Of a DNA stretch of 64,000 nucleotides, positions 11,850 through 24,704 are shown one piece after another. Origin of the DNA: Eledone cirrhosa (lineage: Eukaryota). How positions within the stretch are numbered: the stretch's first letter is position 1; each line of letters opens with the position of its first letter. Location of the stretch: contig OZ024754.1 in NCBI GenBank assembly GCA_964016885.1, forward strand, positions 38,130,001-38,194,000. The letters run 5' to 3'. The notes beneath the pieces were generated by a model. That model was not told the origin of the DNA. It ran no database searches and saw only the letters and a list, made by a program, of their open reading frames with translations. A program made the translations under genes and the position numbers.

Positions 11850-12458
11850 GTCAGGTCACCAGTTGGTGCTACTGGTAACATGTATCCCAGTACAACCTGT
11901 CTCATGGTCGGGTCGTTGGCGACTAAACTGGCAACCCCACCAAGGTTTCTTGGTGAGGAGAGTGACTTTGGACATCCTGCAGGACTAAAAACAAGACCTG
12001 TCAAAGGGCAAAGGAGCTCTTAAGAGTCAATGGCCATCCAAAATCACCGGGAGAGATGACCCCCTTAGCCTTTGTCAAGGCAGAATTCTAGGAGAAGGAA
12101 AACTCTGATATAACACCTGCAACTCTGATGGTATCCAATGATGTTGACTTGTTCTTCTTTTTGGTAAATATCATCTTGGTTAAGAGAGTGGGACTGGCTT
12201 TGTGCAGTGCCTTTGCTCACTATAAAAGCTTCACGGCACAGGCATTGCTTTATATCTGGAGATCTCTCTGCACTTGTCGTCACATGGTACCATGGGCCCA
12301 GCACTATGTGCCAATAATTGTCACAAGTATGGTGTTTGTACCAGAGTTTTCAAGTCGCTGGCTGGACTAAAAAGTCACACTCGTTCAGCGCATCGGTAGG
12401 GGTTCTCCTACATGGATATAGAGTAGTGGCCGTACTCGAAAACGAGTTGGCAGCCACC

Positions 12459-13002
<544 letters not shown>

Positions 13003-13164
13003 AGTGTAATTTTCTACACAAAACGAAGGTTATAGTGAAAATTGAGGTTGGTAATGGCACATGGAATATATAAGAGACAGTGTGTTGTCTTGTTCCAGTG
13101 CCATTTTCCGGATTTGCGTAGGTTAGTATATATGAAAAGTGTAATTTTCTACACAAAACGAAGG

Positions 13165-13209
<45 letters not shown>

Positions 13210-13214
13210 TATAT

Positions 13215-13500
13215 AACGCACCAAAGTACTCAATACTTAGGGTAGTAGAGTGGGTAATATATATATATATATATATAGATGCACCACCACACACATATAT
13301 ATATATATAACGAAGGAAATGTGGTAAGGCACCAAAGTACTCAATACTTAGAGTAGTAGAGTGGGTAATAGGAACGAGTAGGACACCGACGGCTGAGCTC
13401 AAGCCGTTTCGACGGCTAATTCTAGACTAAATCAAATTTAGTCCAGAATTAGCCGTCGAAACGGCTTGAGCTCAGCCGTCGGGGTCCTACTCGTTCCTAT
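13215..13500. mobile_element. Fold-back (palindromic) copy of the hammerhead-half element family
   Basis: About 64-bp inverted arms 13368-13432 and 13436-13500 centred on CAA; each arm carries GTCGAAACGGCTTGAGCTCAGCCGTC. Confidence 0.65.
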
Positions 13501-13984
13501 ATATATATATATATACATGCACCACCACACATATCTATCTCTCTCTCTATATATATATATACATACACCACCACACACATCATCACCATCGTTCAACGTC
13601 TATCTTCCACGCTAGCATGGGTTTAGATGGGAATTGTCCCTACTACTACAGAACACAAATGTGGAAGATTCACCGCTGTCTGCAGGTCACGGAGGTTCAC
13701 AGTTACTACAAACCATCTCTCTCTCTCTCTATTACTCACTACGGTCTCAGAATTACTACCACAGACTCCAAATTCCAACAACAACATTATCTGTTCGCTT
13801 GCTGTTTTCACATCAACAACAATAACAAAATTAATAACTCTTGGTAACTGTTTTATTGTACTTTTTAATTGATTCACGTGAAGTAAACCATATATAAACC
13901 AAATCATTTATTCTTTATATTCTCGTTATTTCATCTAATAATCATGTTAATCCATCTTACAACATCTAACTATTTCTTACTTAT

Positions 13985-14335
13985 TTATACCCCCCCCCCC
14001 CCCCCATTAAATATCTCTCTCAAAAGCAGATGTCGCCAGCTTATGTTCTGAATGCGTTGAAGCAGGCGAGTGTAAGTGCCATCAAGGTGCGTTTGTTGTT
14101 TGGATGAAAGCATCCATGTTTCACTTCCATAAAGCAAGATTGGTTGAATTGTTACTTGGAAGAGTCTGATCTTGGTGTGGTTGGAAAGATTTGAACGCCA
14201 AACTCGATCCACCTTGTTGCAAGCTGACCATGACATTTATGAAACAACTGTTTATCAGAGACTTTGTCCCACGATGTAAAACCACTTGTAACAGGTCCTT
14301 ATCTGAGCTTGAACATGAACTCCCGATGGGAGTTG
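13985..14335 (-). mobile_element. RTE-clade LINE RT C-terminal fragment (different family)
   Basis: KIRLF...PILLYGSETW...LDGTYTRLL motif. Confidence 0.8.
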
Positions 14336-14435
14336 TTTATGTGTTAAGTATTTCCGTAGAACAGGTAAAGGAAAGAAGAGTGCTCTATGTATAGTACAGA
14401 GCTATTTAATTACATAATAAACAACACAAAATAAT

Positions 14436-14510
14436 TATTCCATTACTAAAGGTTTCAAGAAAATTAGACCATCCTTACAGAAACGTCCAGCCCATTCATC
14501 AGATGAAATA
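14436..14510 (-). ncRNA. Type I hammerhead ribozyme motif in a Penelope-like terminal fragment (14340-14560)
   Basis: TATTTCAT-CTGATGA-[39 nt degenerate stem II]-GAAAC-CTTTA-GTA-ATGGAATA; 8-bp stem I; GUA cleavage triplet. Confidence 0.7.
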
Positions 14511-14864
14511 GTTATGTTTTGGATATAAATTTTGAAATTGATATCTATTAAAAATGAAAGTGAGCCCGAGTTATATACGGAAAAAATATAATTATATACA
14601 CACATATAAATATATATACATGCACACATACATAAAATTACATACGCGCACCTATATGTACATCCATATTACATTGCAAAAAAACAAAAACAAAAAATAA
14701 TAATTTAACGCGGGCAACTACAAGATAATAAATACAATTTACTAACACACCAAAATATACGATCGGAGCGAGAGAAAGAAAAAAGAAAACAAGAGAGAAA
14801 AACGGGCACTACAACGCTATCACCTTCGTCTGCTTTCATCGGCTGCTTCGACAGCTAATAGCGT

Positions 14865-15504
14865 TGTAGTGCCCCCCCAAAACGAATCCACCACCAACTG
14901 CGACAATCGACCCTACACCACATCACAAGCGTCAACGGAAATTTTTGAGGTAAGCCAACACTTTCGGGACATTACCACGAGTGAAGGTGAGGCTCAAGCG
15001 TTCAAAACAACCTGACACCCTCACGGGCATCACCTGACACCTCAGTAAGGCGAGCCGCCAACCTATGACAACAACTTCGCTGTCAGTGTCCCAACTCCAC
15101 ACCAAACGTCACGAATCCCACAGGCTAGACTTCGTCTTCTTCTTTGGCAGGGAGACAGAAAGTGACAGGTGTATAAAGCCTATATTTTCCCACGTTTTAC
15201 ACACAGAGATCGAAGCAATACGCTATAAACAAACTATGTAAAGATTCACTGCTACCTAAAGGCCGCCGAGGTCTACAGACAATCACAGACCATTACGCTC
15301 TCTCTATCCTGGTCTCAGACTACACCAGCCTCATGAACCAACAAAAAATAACTGTTTCTACGTTAGGCACGTCAACCTTCGCGACTCGTGGTAATATGTT
15401 TATTGTTCTTTTTGACTGAAGTGAAGTAAACCTTTTTATCTATAAAGTAAATCAGCTATTCTTGTTATTTCATCTAACAATTACTATTAATACCCTTCGT
15501 TACA
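14865..15504 (+). mobile_element. Solo-LTR-like element (related shorter copy at 13636-13963)
   Basis: TGTA...TACA termini; shared 3' block GTGAAGTAAAC...TTATTTCATCTAA; no internal coding region. Confidence 0.45.
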
Positions 15505-15724
15505 CTTGAATTGTATTCACGTTTATAATAACATATATAATGACACAATGCTTACAGGAAAGTCATAAAATCACTTATATCAACACAAGTGGATAAGTTC
15601 CTTCAGAATGAAAATATAAACAGAGCATATAAATAAATTTACAGTAGAATAACATAACGAATATGTTTTAAATATATACATAAATAACATTACAAATGCC
15701 TCGGTAACACTACAAAGGATGATA

Positions 15725-16056
15725 TAATTGTTTCTACTTTTGGCACAAGGCCAGCAATTAACTAGTGCATTACTGGTACTTTATTTTATCGACCCCGGAA
15801 GGATGAAAGGCAAAGTTAACCTCGGCGGGATTTGAACTCGGACCATAAATGCTGGAAAGGATGACGTCGAACCCTCTACCGATACTGCCAATTCGATGAT
15901 ATAATGAAAGATATATTCCTTCAATTATAGAATATTAAAGAAAATGTAAAAGAAGGGGTGAACAACGGAACCAACACCAGAGCAAAAGACAATAACGTCG
16001 CGAGTACTGGGCAACCTCTCTAATGATTTTTGAGGCAAGCCAGTACACTCGCAGTA

Positions 16057-16089
<33 letters not shown>

Positions 16090-18762
16090 GTGCGTGCGCA
16101 CGCCCGTAGTTGCCACTAGTGGTAACGTTCACCCATATTAACTCCATTAACGCTATTTAACAGAAGTTACGTTATTATAATTGGGATGAGCAATAATTTG
16201 TTTCTACTTTTGGCACAAGGCCAGCAATTACCCAGTGCATTACTGGTACTTTATTTTATCGACCCCGTAAGGATGAAAGGCAAAGTTAACCTCGGCGGGA
16301 TTTGAACTCAGAATGGCAAGGGCCGTAACTCTATGCGATGAGCAATAATGATGGATGTGTAGTGACCTCACTAATCTTCTAAAGATGTAAAAGCCTTCCA
16401 CGTCGCCCACTTATTTTTGAGAGGTGTCATGGAAGCAGAACTTGGTAAATTTATAGAACACCCCCCACTCGATTTTCCAGTGGGGAAAACATTTTTTTTT
16501 TTCGTGTGCTATCAACTAATCTAACCTGCAAGATTCTGGCAATCAACTTTTTTTTTCAGGAGAACGGAAGGGGAGGTGTCCCCTTCTCTCGGTTACTCCC
16601 CTCTCCTCAGAGTTTTCCCTACGCCTTTTTTTTTTCCGCGTTATTAACGAATATGACCTCCATCGGAAACGACTAGATTTGTAAAAACATTATGGTCAAA
16701 TGGTGCGAAAAGACCACCGGAGTTTCGCAGATCTACACAACACTAACGTTTGGTGTGAAATAATTATCTTTGTTTTGTTTTTGTTTTTTCTGGACTTCTG
16801 AGATGTTTTTTTTCCCGTAAAACGGAAAGCTTAATTCTTACCCTAAACCTAAACATAACCCTAATCGGGGTGATGACCTCGCCAGCACTCGCGCCAAGGC
16901 TTGCCTCCAAAATTTCTATTGACCATTGTGTTGTGTGGCCGATTGTCGCACTTCGTGGTAAATTGATGGTCGTTTTTGTTTTGTTTTTCTTTCTCTCGCT
17001 TCGATCATATATTTTGGTGCATTGTATTTGTAAAGTTCCTAATTATTATATTTATTAATGTTAATTAGAAAGAAGAAAAAGGTGAAGGATGATAAAAAGG
17101 TGAAGGATGATAAAAAAAAAAGGTAGGGAAAGGCGATAAGATCTGCACACTCAATCAATCACACGACACGACGGGAACTTGAATTTCCCTTTAATAATTA
17201 TCGAAGCAAGGCAACGCCCGTGCAGCAATCTGCGGCTGATAGCGAGGTTTAGTTGCTAATATAACTAAGTATTCTCGCAGGCATTGCCTAATATGTTGAT
17301 AAGACAAACCGTTAACAATGACAAGAAATTCTTTATATGTATGTAGCCCTAAGCGATAAAATAAAGTACCAGTAATGCACTGAGTAATTGCTGGCTTTGT
17401 GCTCAAAATAGAAACAATTATGTTTTATTTTTAATAGAATGCATAAAAATATATTACCTTTTGTCTTGAAAAAGTAAGGTACTTGGTTATATTCACGTAG
17501 TGTTCACCTGATTGCCAGCTGTTGAATAAGAGTTGTTGGTTTGTGACTGGCGACCACGCCTTTGTTAAGAGAAAGAGGAGGGATTGAGGAGGAAGCAGGT
17601 TCTCTTTGTTAAGTCAAATTTTCATATAACAATTATATAACATCCCGCCAAGGTTAACTTTGCCTTTCATCCTTACGGGGTCGATAAAATAAAAAGTACC
17701 AGTAATGCACTAGATAAATGCTGGCCTTGTGCCTAACGTAGAAACAATTATATAGAAGTACATACATCTAATCAATTAATTATTGCTAGGAACCTTATAA
17801 ATATAATTGTTTCTACTTTAGGCACAAGGCCAGCAAATACCCAGTTCATTACTGGTACTTTATTTTATCGACCCCGTAAGGATGAAAGGCAAAGTCAACC
17901 TCGGCGGGATTTGAACTCAGATCGTAAAGGGACGTAACTAATACACAAAGATATATGATCAAATCGAGAGAAAAACGAAAAAAACCCATCAATTAGTCAT
18001 ATATCAATTAAAATTTCACCGCTATTTCATCGTATGAAATAGTGCTGAAATTTTAATTTCTAAACCTAAACATAACCCTAATCGGGGTGATGACCTCGCC
18101 AGCACTCGCGCTAAGGCTTGCCTCCAAAATTTCTATTGACCATTGTGTTGTGTGGCCGATTGTTGGTCGTTTTTGTTTTGTTTTTCTTTCTCTCGCTTCG
18201 ATCATATATTTTGGTGCATTGTATTTGTAAAGTTCCTAATTATTATATTTATTAATGTTAATTAGAAAGAAGAAAAAGGTGGAGGATGATAAAAAGGTGA
18301 AGGATGATAAAAAAAAAAGTTCAGCACAGGCTAATGGGAATTTTATAAATACTTTGGCTAAGTTTTAAGCTACTGTTTGAGTTCAAATACCGCCGAGGTT
18401 GACTTTGCCTTTCATCCTTACGGGGTCGATAAAATAAAGTACCAGTAATGTACTGTGTAATTGCTGGCCTTGTGCCAAAAGTAGAAACAATTATTAAAAA
18501 TACATGCATCAACAAACAATAGGGAATGTAAAAATTCTAAGTTTGCTTTCTTGATTGAGTATCTTCTGTTAGGAAAACTGTGGGTATTATGGCAAGGGAC
18601 GAACGCCATGCTTAGCAGCAAAGAGTTACGGCCCTTTATGGTCTGAGTTCAAATCCCGTCGAGGTTAACTTTGCCTTTCACCTTTACGGGGTCGATAAAA
18701 TAAAGTACCAGTAATACACTGTGATAATTACTGGCCTTGTGCCAAAAGTAGAAACAATTATT
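15725..18762. mobile_element. Cluster of about 7 Nin-domain SINE copies or fragments in both orientations
   Basis: Minus: 15725-15895, 16192-16340, 17805-17945. Plus: 17355-17420, 17643-17752, 18375-18495, 18595-18762. Confidence 0.8.
16845..18320 (+). repeat. About 270-bp direct repeat (16845-17120 and 18061-18320)
   Basis: Near-identical TAAACCTAAACATAACCCTAATCGGGG...GGATGATAAAAAAA; the second copy has a small internal deletion. Confidence 0.85.
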
Positions 18763-19154
18763 ATAGAGACTAGGCCACACGTGACCCGTTGGGTCATATT
18801 CACTTCAAAACATTTTTTTTAAATCATGTTCACTTAAAAATAATTTTTAAATAATTAAAATATGCACAGACGTATATAAGGTGAAATGAAACTGGAAGGC
18901 CTATATATATACGTATGTGTATGTATATATATATATATATATAAATGTGTGTATACATGTATATATGTGTGTATGTATCATCATCATCATCATCACCATT
19001 TTACGTCCGTTCTTCCATGCTAGCATGGGTTAGACGGGTTGTCCTGTTGTGGGCAGTGTCTGGTCGGCTGACCATGCCTTGCTCATACAGGAACTGATTT
19101 GGCTTGATTTCTACAGCTGGATGCCCTTCCTAACACCAACCTCATTTACAGTGA

Positions 19155-19220
<66 letters not shown>

Positions 19221-20679
19221 GGATGCCTGTGATCTATATACACTGGTCATAGGCACACACACTCACATATATATATATATACAGTAATACGAAAGTAACG
19301 TTTTGGCCCCGATAGCCCTCCGTAGTTACTAACGGTCTGTGTACACTTGAATCGGGCAATGGCACGTGCGGACTTGATTATCTCCGTAGGATTTCAATTT
19401 GATTTATTTTACTGCATCTCATCGTATGTATTTATTTTGAATGTATTATCCGTGGTGGTGGGTCTTGCCTAATGTGGTATTTCTGTGTTTAATATCAGCT
19501 TTGACCCGGGTGTCCTACGCTGTGTGTGTGTACGTGTGTGTCTGTGTATACATTTATATGTGTATGGGTGTAGGTGGGTGTATATGTCTGTATATAAAAA
19601 TATATATATGTGTATACCGTCTCTGCATGTGGTGTGTATATGTGCATATACGTGCTGAACATATTGGTGTGTATAATCTGGAGATGTCCCAATGCGGTGA
19701 CTTCATGATATTGGCTCTTGAAGCTACTTTTTATATATCTTTTATTTTTTATATATCTTGTATGCGCTGTTGAGTATGCATATTAACCCGCCTGACCCAG
19801 CTGTATCTGCTCGCTTTCGGCTAGCCCGCCTGCACCTGCTTGCTTTCGGCCCACCTGTCTGCCTCTTGCTGCTGCACCTGAATTCTCCTACCTTCCTTCG
19901 ATGTACCTCTGTTGACCATTGGACTCCTGCCCGGGTGTGAACCGGTTTGTGATTACCCCACCGCTCAACTGTGTGAATGCACACCCGTGACTTTCGAGTG
20001 AACTTTTGAGACTGCCCAACCTGGGACGTCTCCATTGCATTGCAATGGTCAAGTGATACTGATAACTGTGACACTTAGTGCCTTCGTGGGCCCCTGATAT
20101 ATTCAAGAAATATATTCTAAAAAAATATATATCTTATCTCAATTTACTTTATTTTATTTCATTTCATTTCATTTTATTTAATTTTATTTATTTAATTATA
20201 TCTTATATTATATTATTTTATTTTAGTTTAGTTTATTTTAGTTTATTTTATTTTATTTTATTTTATCTTATTTTATTATTATATTATATTATATTATATT
20301 ATATTTTATATAATTTTAATTTTAATTTTATATTATTTTATTCTATTTTATTTCATTCCTTACCCTGTATCAGTTATCTGTATATTTTATGTTTTATATG
20401 TATGTTTTTTTATATTTTCTTATATATATTATAAGTCTATTTTTCACCTACTCTTACCTATTCTTGTCTGTTCTCTTATCCATGTGTATGCTTGTATGTA
20501 ACTATGTGTTGACACCAACTGTGACTGATAGCACCCCTTATTTTTCAATTATTTTTCATTGTTTATTTTTATTTTTATTTTTACTTCCTCAATATCTTTT
20601 ATCTTTTATTATTTTTCATTCTTTATTTCTTCAATGTCTTGGATTTGTTATTGCTTGTGTGGTATGTAATTAACCTTTA

Positions 20680-20724
20680 TGCTCTGATGAGTCCACTTAT
20701 AGTGCGGATGAAACAATGTTAGCA
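20680..20724 (+). ncRNA. Type I hammerhead ribozyme motif
   Basis: TGCT-CTGATGA-GTCC-ACTTATAGTGC-GGAT-GAAAC-AAT-GTT-AGCA; stems I, II and short III all pair; GUU triplet. Confidence 0.7.
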
Positions 20725-21379
20725 AGTAAAGATATGCATATGCTATAGGCGTTCTTTGTTATTGATTATATATATATACATACACACACATATATATATA
20801 TACACAACACCACCAGCTCTCTCTTTCTTCCATTCTCCTCTCCCTCTCTTTCACAACCACTATCTCTTTCTCTCTCTCTCTGTTTATGAAGATACCCGGG
20901 AACCCGTGCACTTGTTTTATGCGAAACTTGTTTTATTCCATTTGTACCCCCATTTCAGGGTCAACTTCCTTTCAAAGTAATTTCCCATTATGCACCCTTT
21001 TGGTTGTATTACATTATTGGCTTTGAGCTCATATTTGATAACACGCAGGGAAAACTCGGAGGGCAAGGGGATACAGTCACCACACCCTAGTGTGGAAGAT
21101 GGACATTAAACGATGATGATGATGACAAGCAAGCAAGCCATCAGAGTTTTAGTAGTATATAGATAACCACACTCGATATCAGTGGGAAAATATTTTTCCG
21201 CGTGCTATCAACTAATCTAACCGCCAAGGAGAATGGAGGGTGTGATGAGTTTATCTCTTCCCCCTCCGAGTTAACGATCGAGGAAAACAACCTGTACGAA
21301 TTCTGAAGAAAAAAAAATCAAAACAACCTGAGTTACCGCCCTTTTTTTAATGTGGGCACGAATGTAAATTAGCGCTTGC

Positions 21380-21443
21380 GGCCTGCATGACGATGAGCAA
21401 TATCTCATGCGGCCCGCTTCTCCTAAAAGGTTGCCCATGCCTG
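21380..21443. mobile_element. hAT (Charlie-like) terminal fragment
   Basis: GCGGCC..GCGGCCCG..AAGGTTGCCCATGCCTG end motif. Confidence 0.45.
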
Positions 21444-21536
21444 GGTTAGACGTATGGATATAAATAACTTATACATATTAGAACTGATGATTCAACATAT
21501 TTGCAAAAAAAGAAATACAAGCATTTTATAATGAAT

Positions 21537-21542
21537 TTTATT
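21537..21542 (-). terminator. Candidate polyadenylation signal AATAAA for a long ATP6V1D 3' UTR
   Basis: tttatt on the plus strand, 2.8 kb downstream of the stop; an alternative lies near 23231. Confidence 0.3.
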
Positions 21543-21635
21543 TCAATAAAGAAATTGTCTTTCATTTATCAGTTATGAGGATTTTTTTTTTTAACCATGT
21601 ACAAAATAATGTCCATAATAATAATAATAATAATA

Positions 21636-21853
21636 ATGGTTTCTGATTTAGGCACAAGGCCAGCAATTTTGAGGGAGGGGGAAAGTCGATTAAATTGACC
21701 CCAGTGCATTACTGGTACTTTATTTTATCGACCCTGTAAGGATGAAAGGCAAAGTTAACCTCAGCAGGATTTGAACTCAGATTGTAAAGGGCCGTAACTT
21801 TATGCCGCAAAGCAGATTGTCCGACGCTCTACCGATACTGCCAATCCACCGCC
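21636..21853 (-). mobile_element. Complete Nin-domain tRNA-SINE with (TAT)n tail
   Basis: A-box TGGCAGTATCGG, B-box GAGTTCAAATCC, central GCCTTTCATCCTTACAGGGTCGATAAAAT. Confidence 0.85.
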
Positions 21854-23614
21854 CTAACAATAATAATAATAAACATTGAACAACGTTATAATATAACAAT
21901 TTCAAATATAAACAATCCAACTCTTTCTGAGAAAAATTAACTTTACTAAAAATTTCTAATGTGTAGTTATTTAAAACTTATAAACGGATTACAATCACAG
22001 CAAGTTGATTTGATTCTTGAAATAGATTGAGTGGAGTGAGGATAAATATTTCACTGGTTCATATTTAATATGACTGTTAATAAGCAGGAGAATAAAATTG
22101 GAAGTGTTTAATCAGTTAGCATTTAAACTGGCTGCATCCGGCCAGAATTCTCTTACCTCTTTATGTTCAAACCGGCTATACCCAGCTGTTCATACTTATG
22201 TTAGGTATTGTTCTCAGAATAAATACGAAAATCTCATAGATTCGATATTATGTGAGATAAAGTGTTTACTGTGAAAATACAATAGTACGTATAGAGTAAT
22301 GTAATTGCTAAAGGGTTAGATGCTTTAATTGTTGGTTTATGCTATTTTGAATACAGTAAAAGAAATGGATTTAAAATTGACTCATAAACTAAGACTTCTG
22401 AACGGTATCTAGTCAATCATCATGATCAAAGAGTCAGCTGTCTTAGAGGATTTATCAAATATAAAATGCATAAAGTATGAGTTTATATATTTCTGAAACC
22501 TTTTGCCCATTTAAATATATTCCATTTCAAAGTTGAAACCTAATGTGTTATATACATAATAGTTCTGAGGTTATTAAGTAACTACAAAGGGCATAAGGAT
22601 CAAAACCAAATTTTAAATGGAACATAGTTTGGAAACTAAACTTACTAAATCATCTTTTTGTAAACACCAACTTTAACTGAGTCACCATCTTTTTTTTTTA
22701 AATCTTATTTAACCCTTTAGTATTTGTATTACTTTATATTTACTATTGTATTTTCATGGTAAAGGCTTTACCTCACATAATATTGAATCTATGAGATTTT
22801 GATATTATTTATTTTGAGAACAATACCTTAACATCAGTATGAGTGGTTGGTTACAGCCTGTTTGAACAGAAAGAGATACGGCCGGTTTAAATGTTAAAGG
22901 GTTAAGTATGTTCAGATTTAGAATAATAAGAAACAACACAGTTAAATGTCCTCACTGTCATTTCTTAAATCTTACAATAACAAATGTCCCTTCTCTATCT
23001 CCCTAAGCTCATAAATCTCCAAAAGCAAATTACCTCATATTGTGAGATAATCAAAGCTGACCCACTTCCCTACCATAAGAAAGTAAATCAACTGGGTAAA
23101 GGAAGAAAGAAATCTAGTTATACCATAAAGTATTTCCCTCAAAAGGAAAACAAAAAATGAATTAAACGATGAGGTGGTTGACAGGAACAACAACGTATAA
23201 AATCACAACCACCACATAAAAATGAAGGTGTTTATTACATTGATTGTATAGACCAACTATTTCATTAACAGACACACCAAAATAAACACTTCAGGGTAAC
23301 AATCACCCACTGCTAATGAAACTACAACTCTATACCATTCCAATGGTAAAGTACACTAATTGTTGGATTTGAAAGAGGAATAGAAAGAACAACAAAACTA
23401 AAAATTCAGTAGTTTCTACATATGTCAACTAGAACACTGAATTGAATGTTAAAGTTTTCTTCTTGATTCAAATTAATCATTTAATTATATACATATCAAC
23501 CAGCTATATGAGAACACACTGTATACATTTATAAGCACACAAACATATTCTCATACATAAACAACGGTCAGGAATCAAACACATACACTCTCACATTCAT
23601 AAATCCTCATACAT

Positions 23615-23960
23615 AAAATGGCATGGTATGGTCCTGTAACTCCAGAGGGAGTTTTGGGGGTGCTGTATTGACATACAGAATTTCTAGGGTGTTTTTAAAC
23701 ATGGTGGAGCTCATCTCCTCTCCAGGTCTGAATACAGCAGATTTCTTCCAGAGAAAGATAGGGAGAGAGAGAATGGAAGCGAGAAAGAGATATAAAGGAA
23801 GAATCAACCCCGGTACTTGACTGGTACTTTTTTTATCGACCTTGAATGGATGAAAGGCAAAGTTTACCACGGCAGGATTTGAACTCAAAGAGTAGAGAGC
23901 TGAAATGAATACCACAAAGCATTCTATACAACATTCTAACGACTCTGCCAATTTGCCACC
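23615..23960 (-). mobile_element. Nin-domain SINE variant with a different 3' tail (copies at 33335-33620, 38300-38630, 48985-49290)
   Basis: Same head and central domain, followed by GGAAGAAATCTGCTGT.TTCAGAC...CACC. Confidence 0.65.
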
Positions 23961-24377
23961 TATAATACATACACTTAAACTGTCAGAAATCAAACACAAA
24001 CATACTGTTATATTAATAAATTGTCATACATACACATATATCACAGTCAAATACACATTCTCTTATAATAATAAATCTCCACTCAGGCATAAAACATATG
24101 GGAGAAATCCTGCACTCAAACATATACAACACACACACAACCAAAGAACCAGAAATCTTGCACACAAACACTCACTGGAAAGGGTGTATTGGAAGACTGC
24201 CAACCAAAGTCTACTGAAATCATAATTGGAATGTGAACTTCACTCTCCACTGTCTTCTATCATTCCTTGCCAACACAAACCAGCTGAAGAGAGACAAACA
24301 CAGAGAGAAAGAGGAAGCTGAAAGAGAAGGCAGCAACAACATGACACCCTCTTTTCAATACTGAGCTAATTCTCAGC

Positions 24378-24528
24378 TCAGTCAGTAAACAGCAGGTCTT
24401 CATCATGCTCATCATCCAAAAGGTTAGCAGCAGCTGCTGCTATTTCTAGTCCTAGTCTCTTCCTCTCCTCTTTGAGAATTTCCTTCTCAGCATAAATCTT
24501 TTTCTTTTTCTCCTGAATCTTCTTCAAC
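24378..24528 (-). CDS. ATP6V1D: V-ATPase subunit D, last coding exon (R)LKKIQEKKKKIYAEKE...NLLDDEHDEDLLFTD*
   Basis: cag acceptor at 24529-24531; typical C-terminus NLL..E.DEDLLF; TGA stop. Confidence 0.96.
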
Positions 24529-24704
24529 CTGGCAACGATGGTGGTAGAAAGAAAGAAAGAATCAGGGTTAATATACAAGATGGATGTAGAGAGAGAGAGA
24601 GAGAGATAAACAGATAGACAGACAGATAGAGAGATAGAAAGACAGGTAGATAGGTAATTAGACTGATAGATAAACAGAGAGATATGCAAACAATTATAGA
24701 TAGA

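Noticed and set aside
18778-18785. GTCACGTG CLEAR-like E-box as an RNase T2 A promoter element
   Set aside because: Single hit, 8 kb from the ATG, next to repeats, with TSS unknown; expected by chance.
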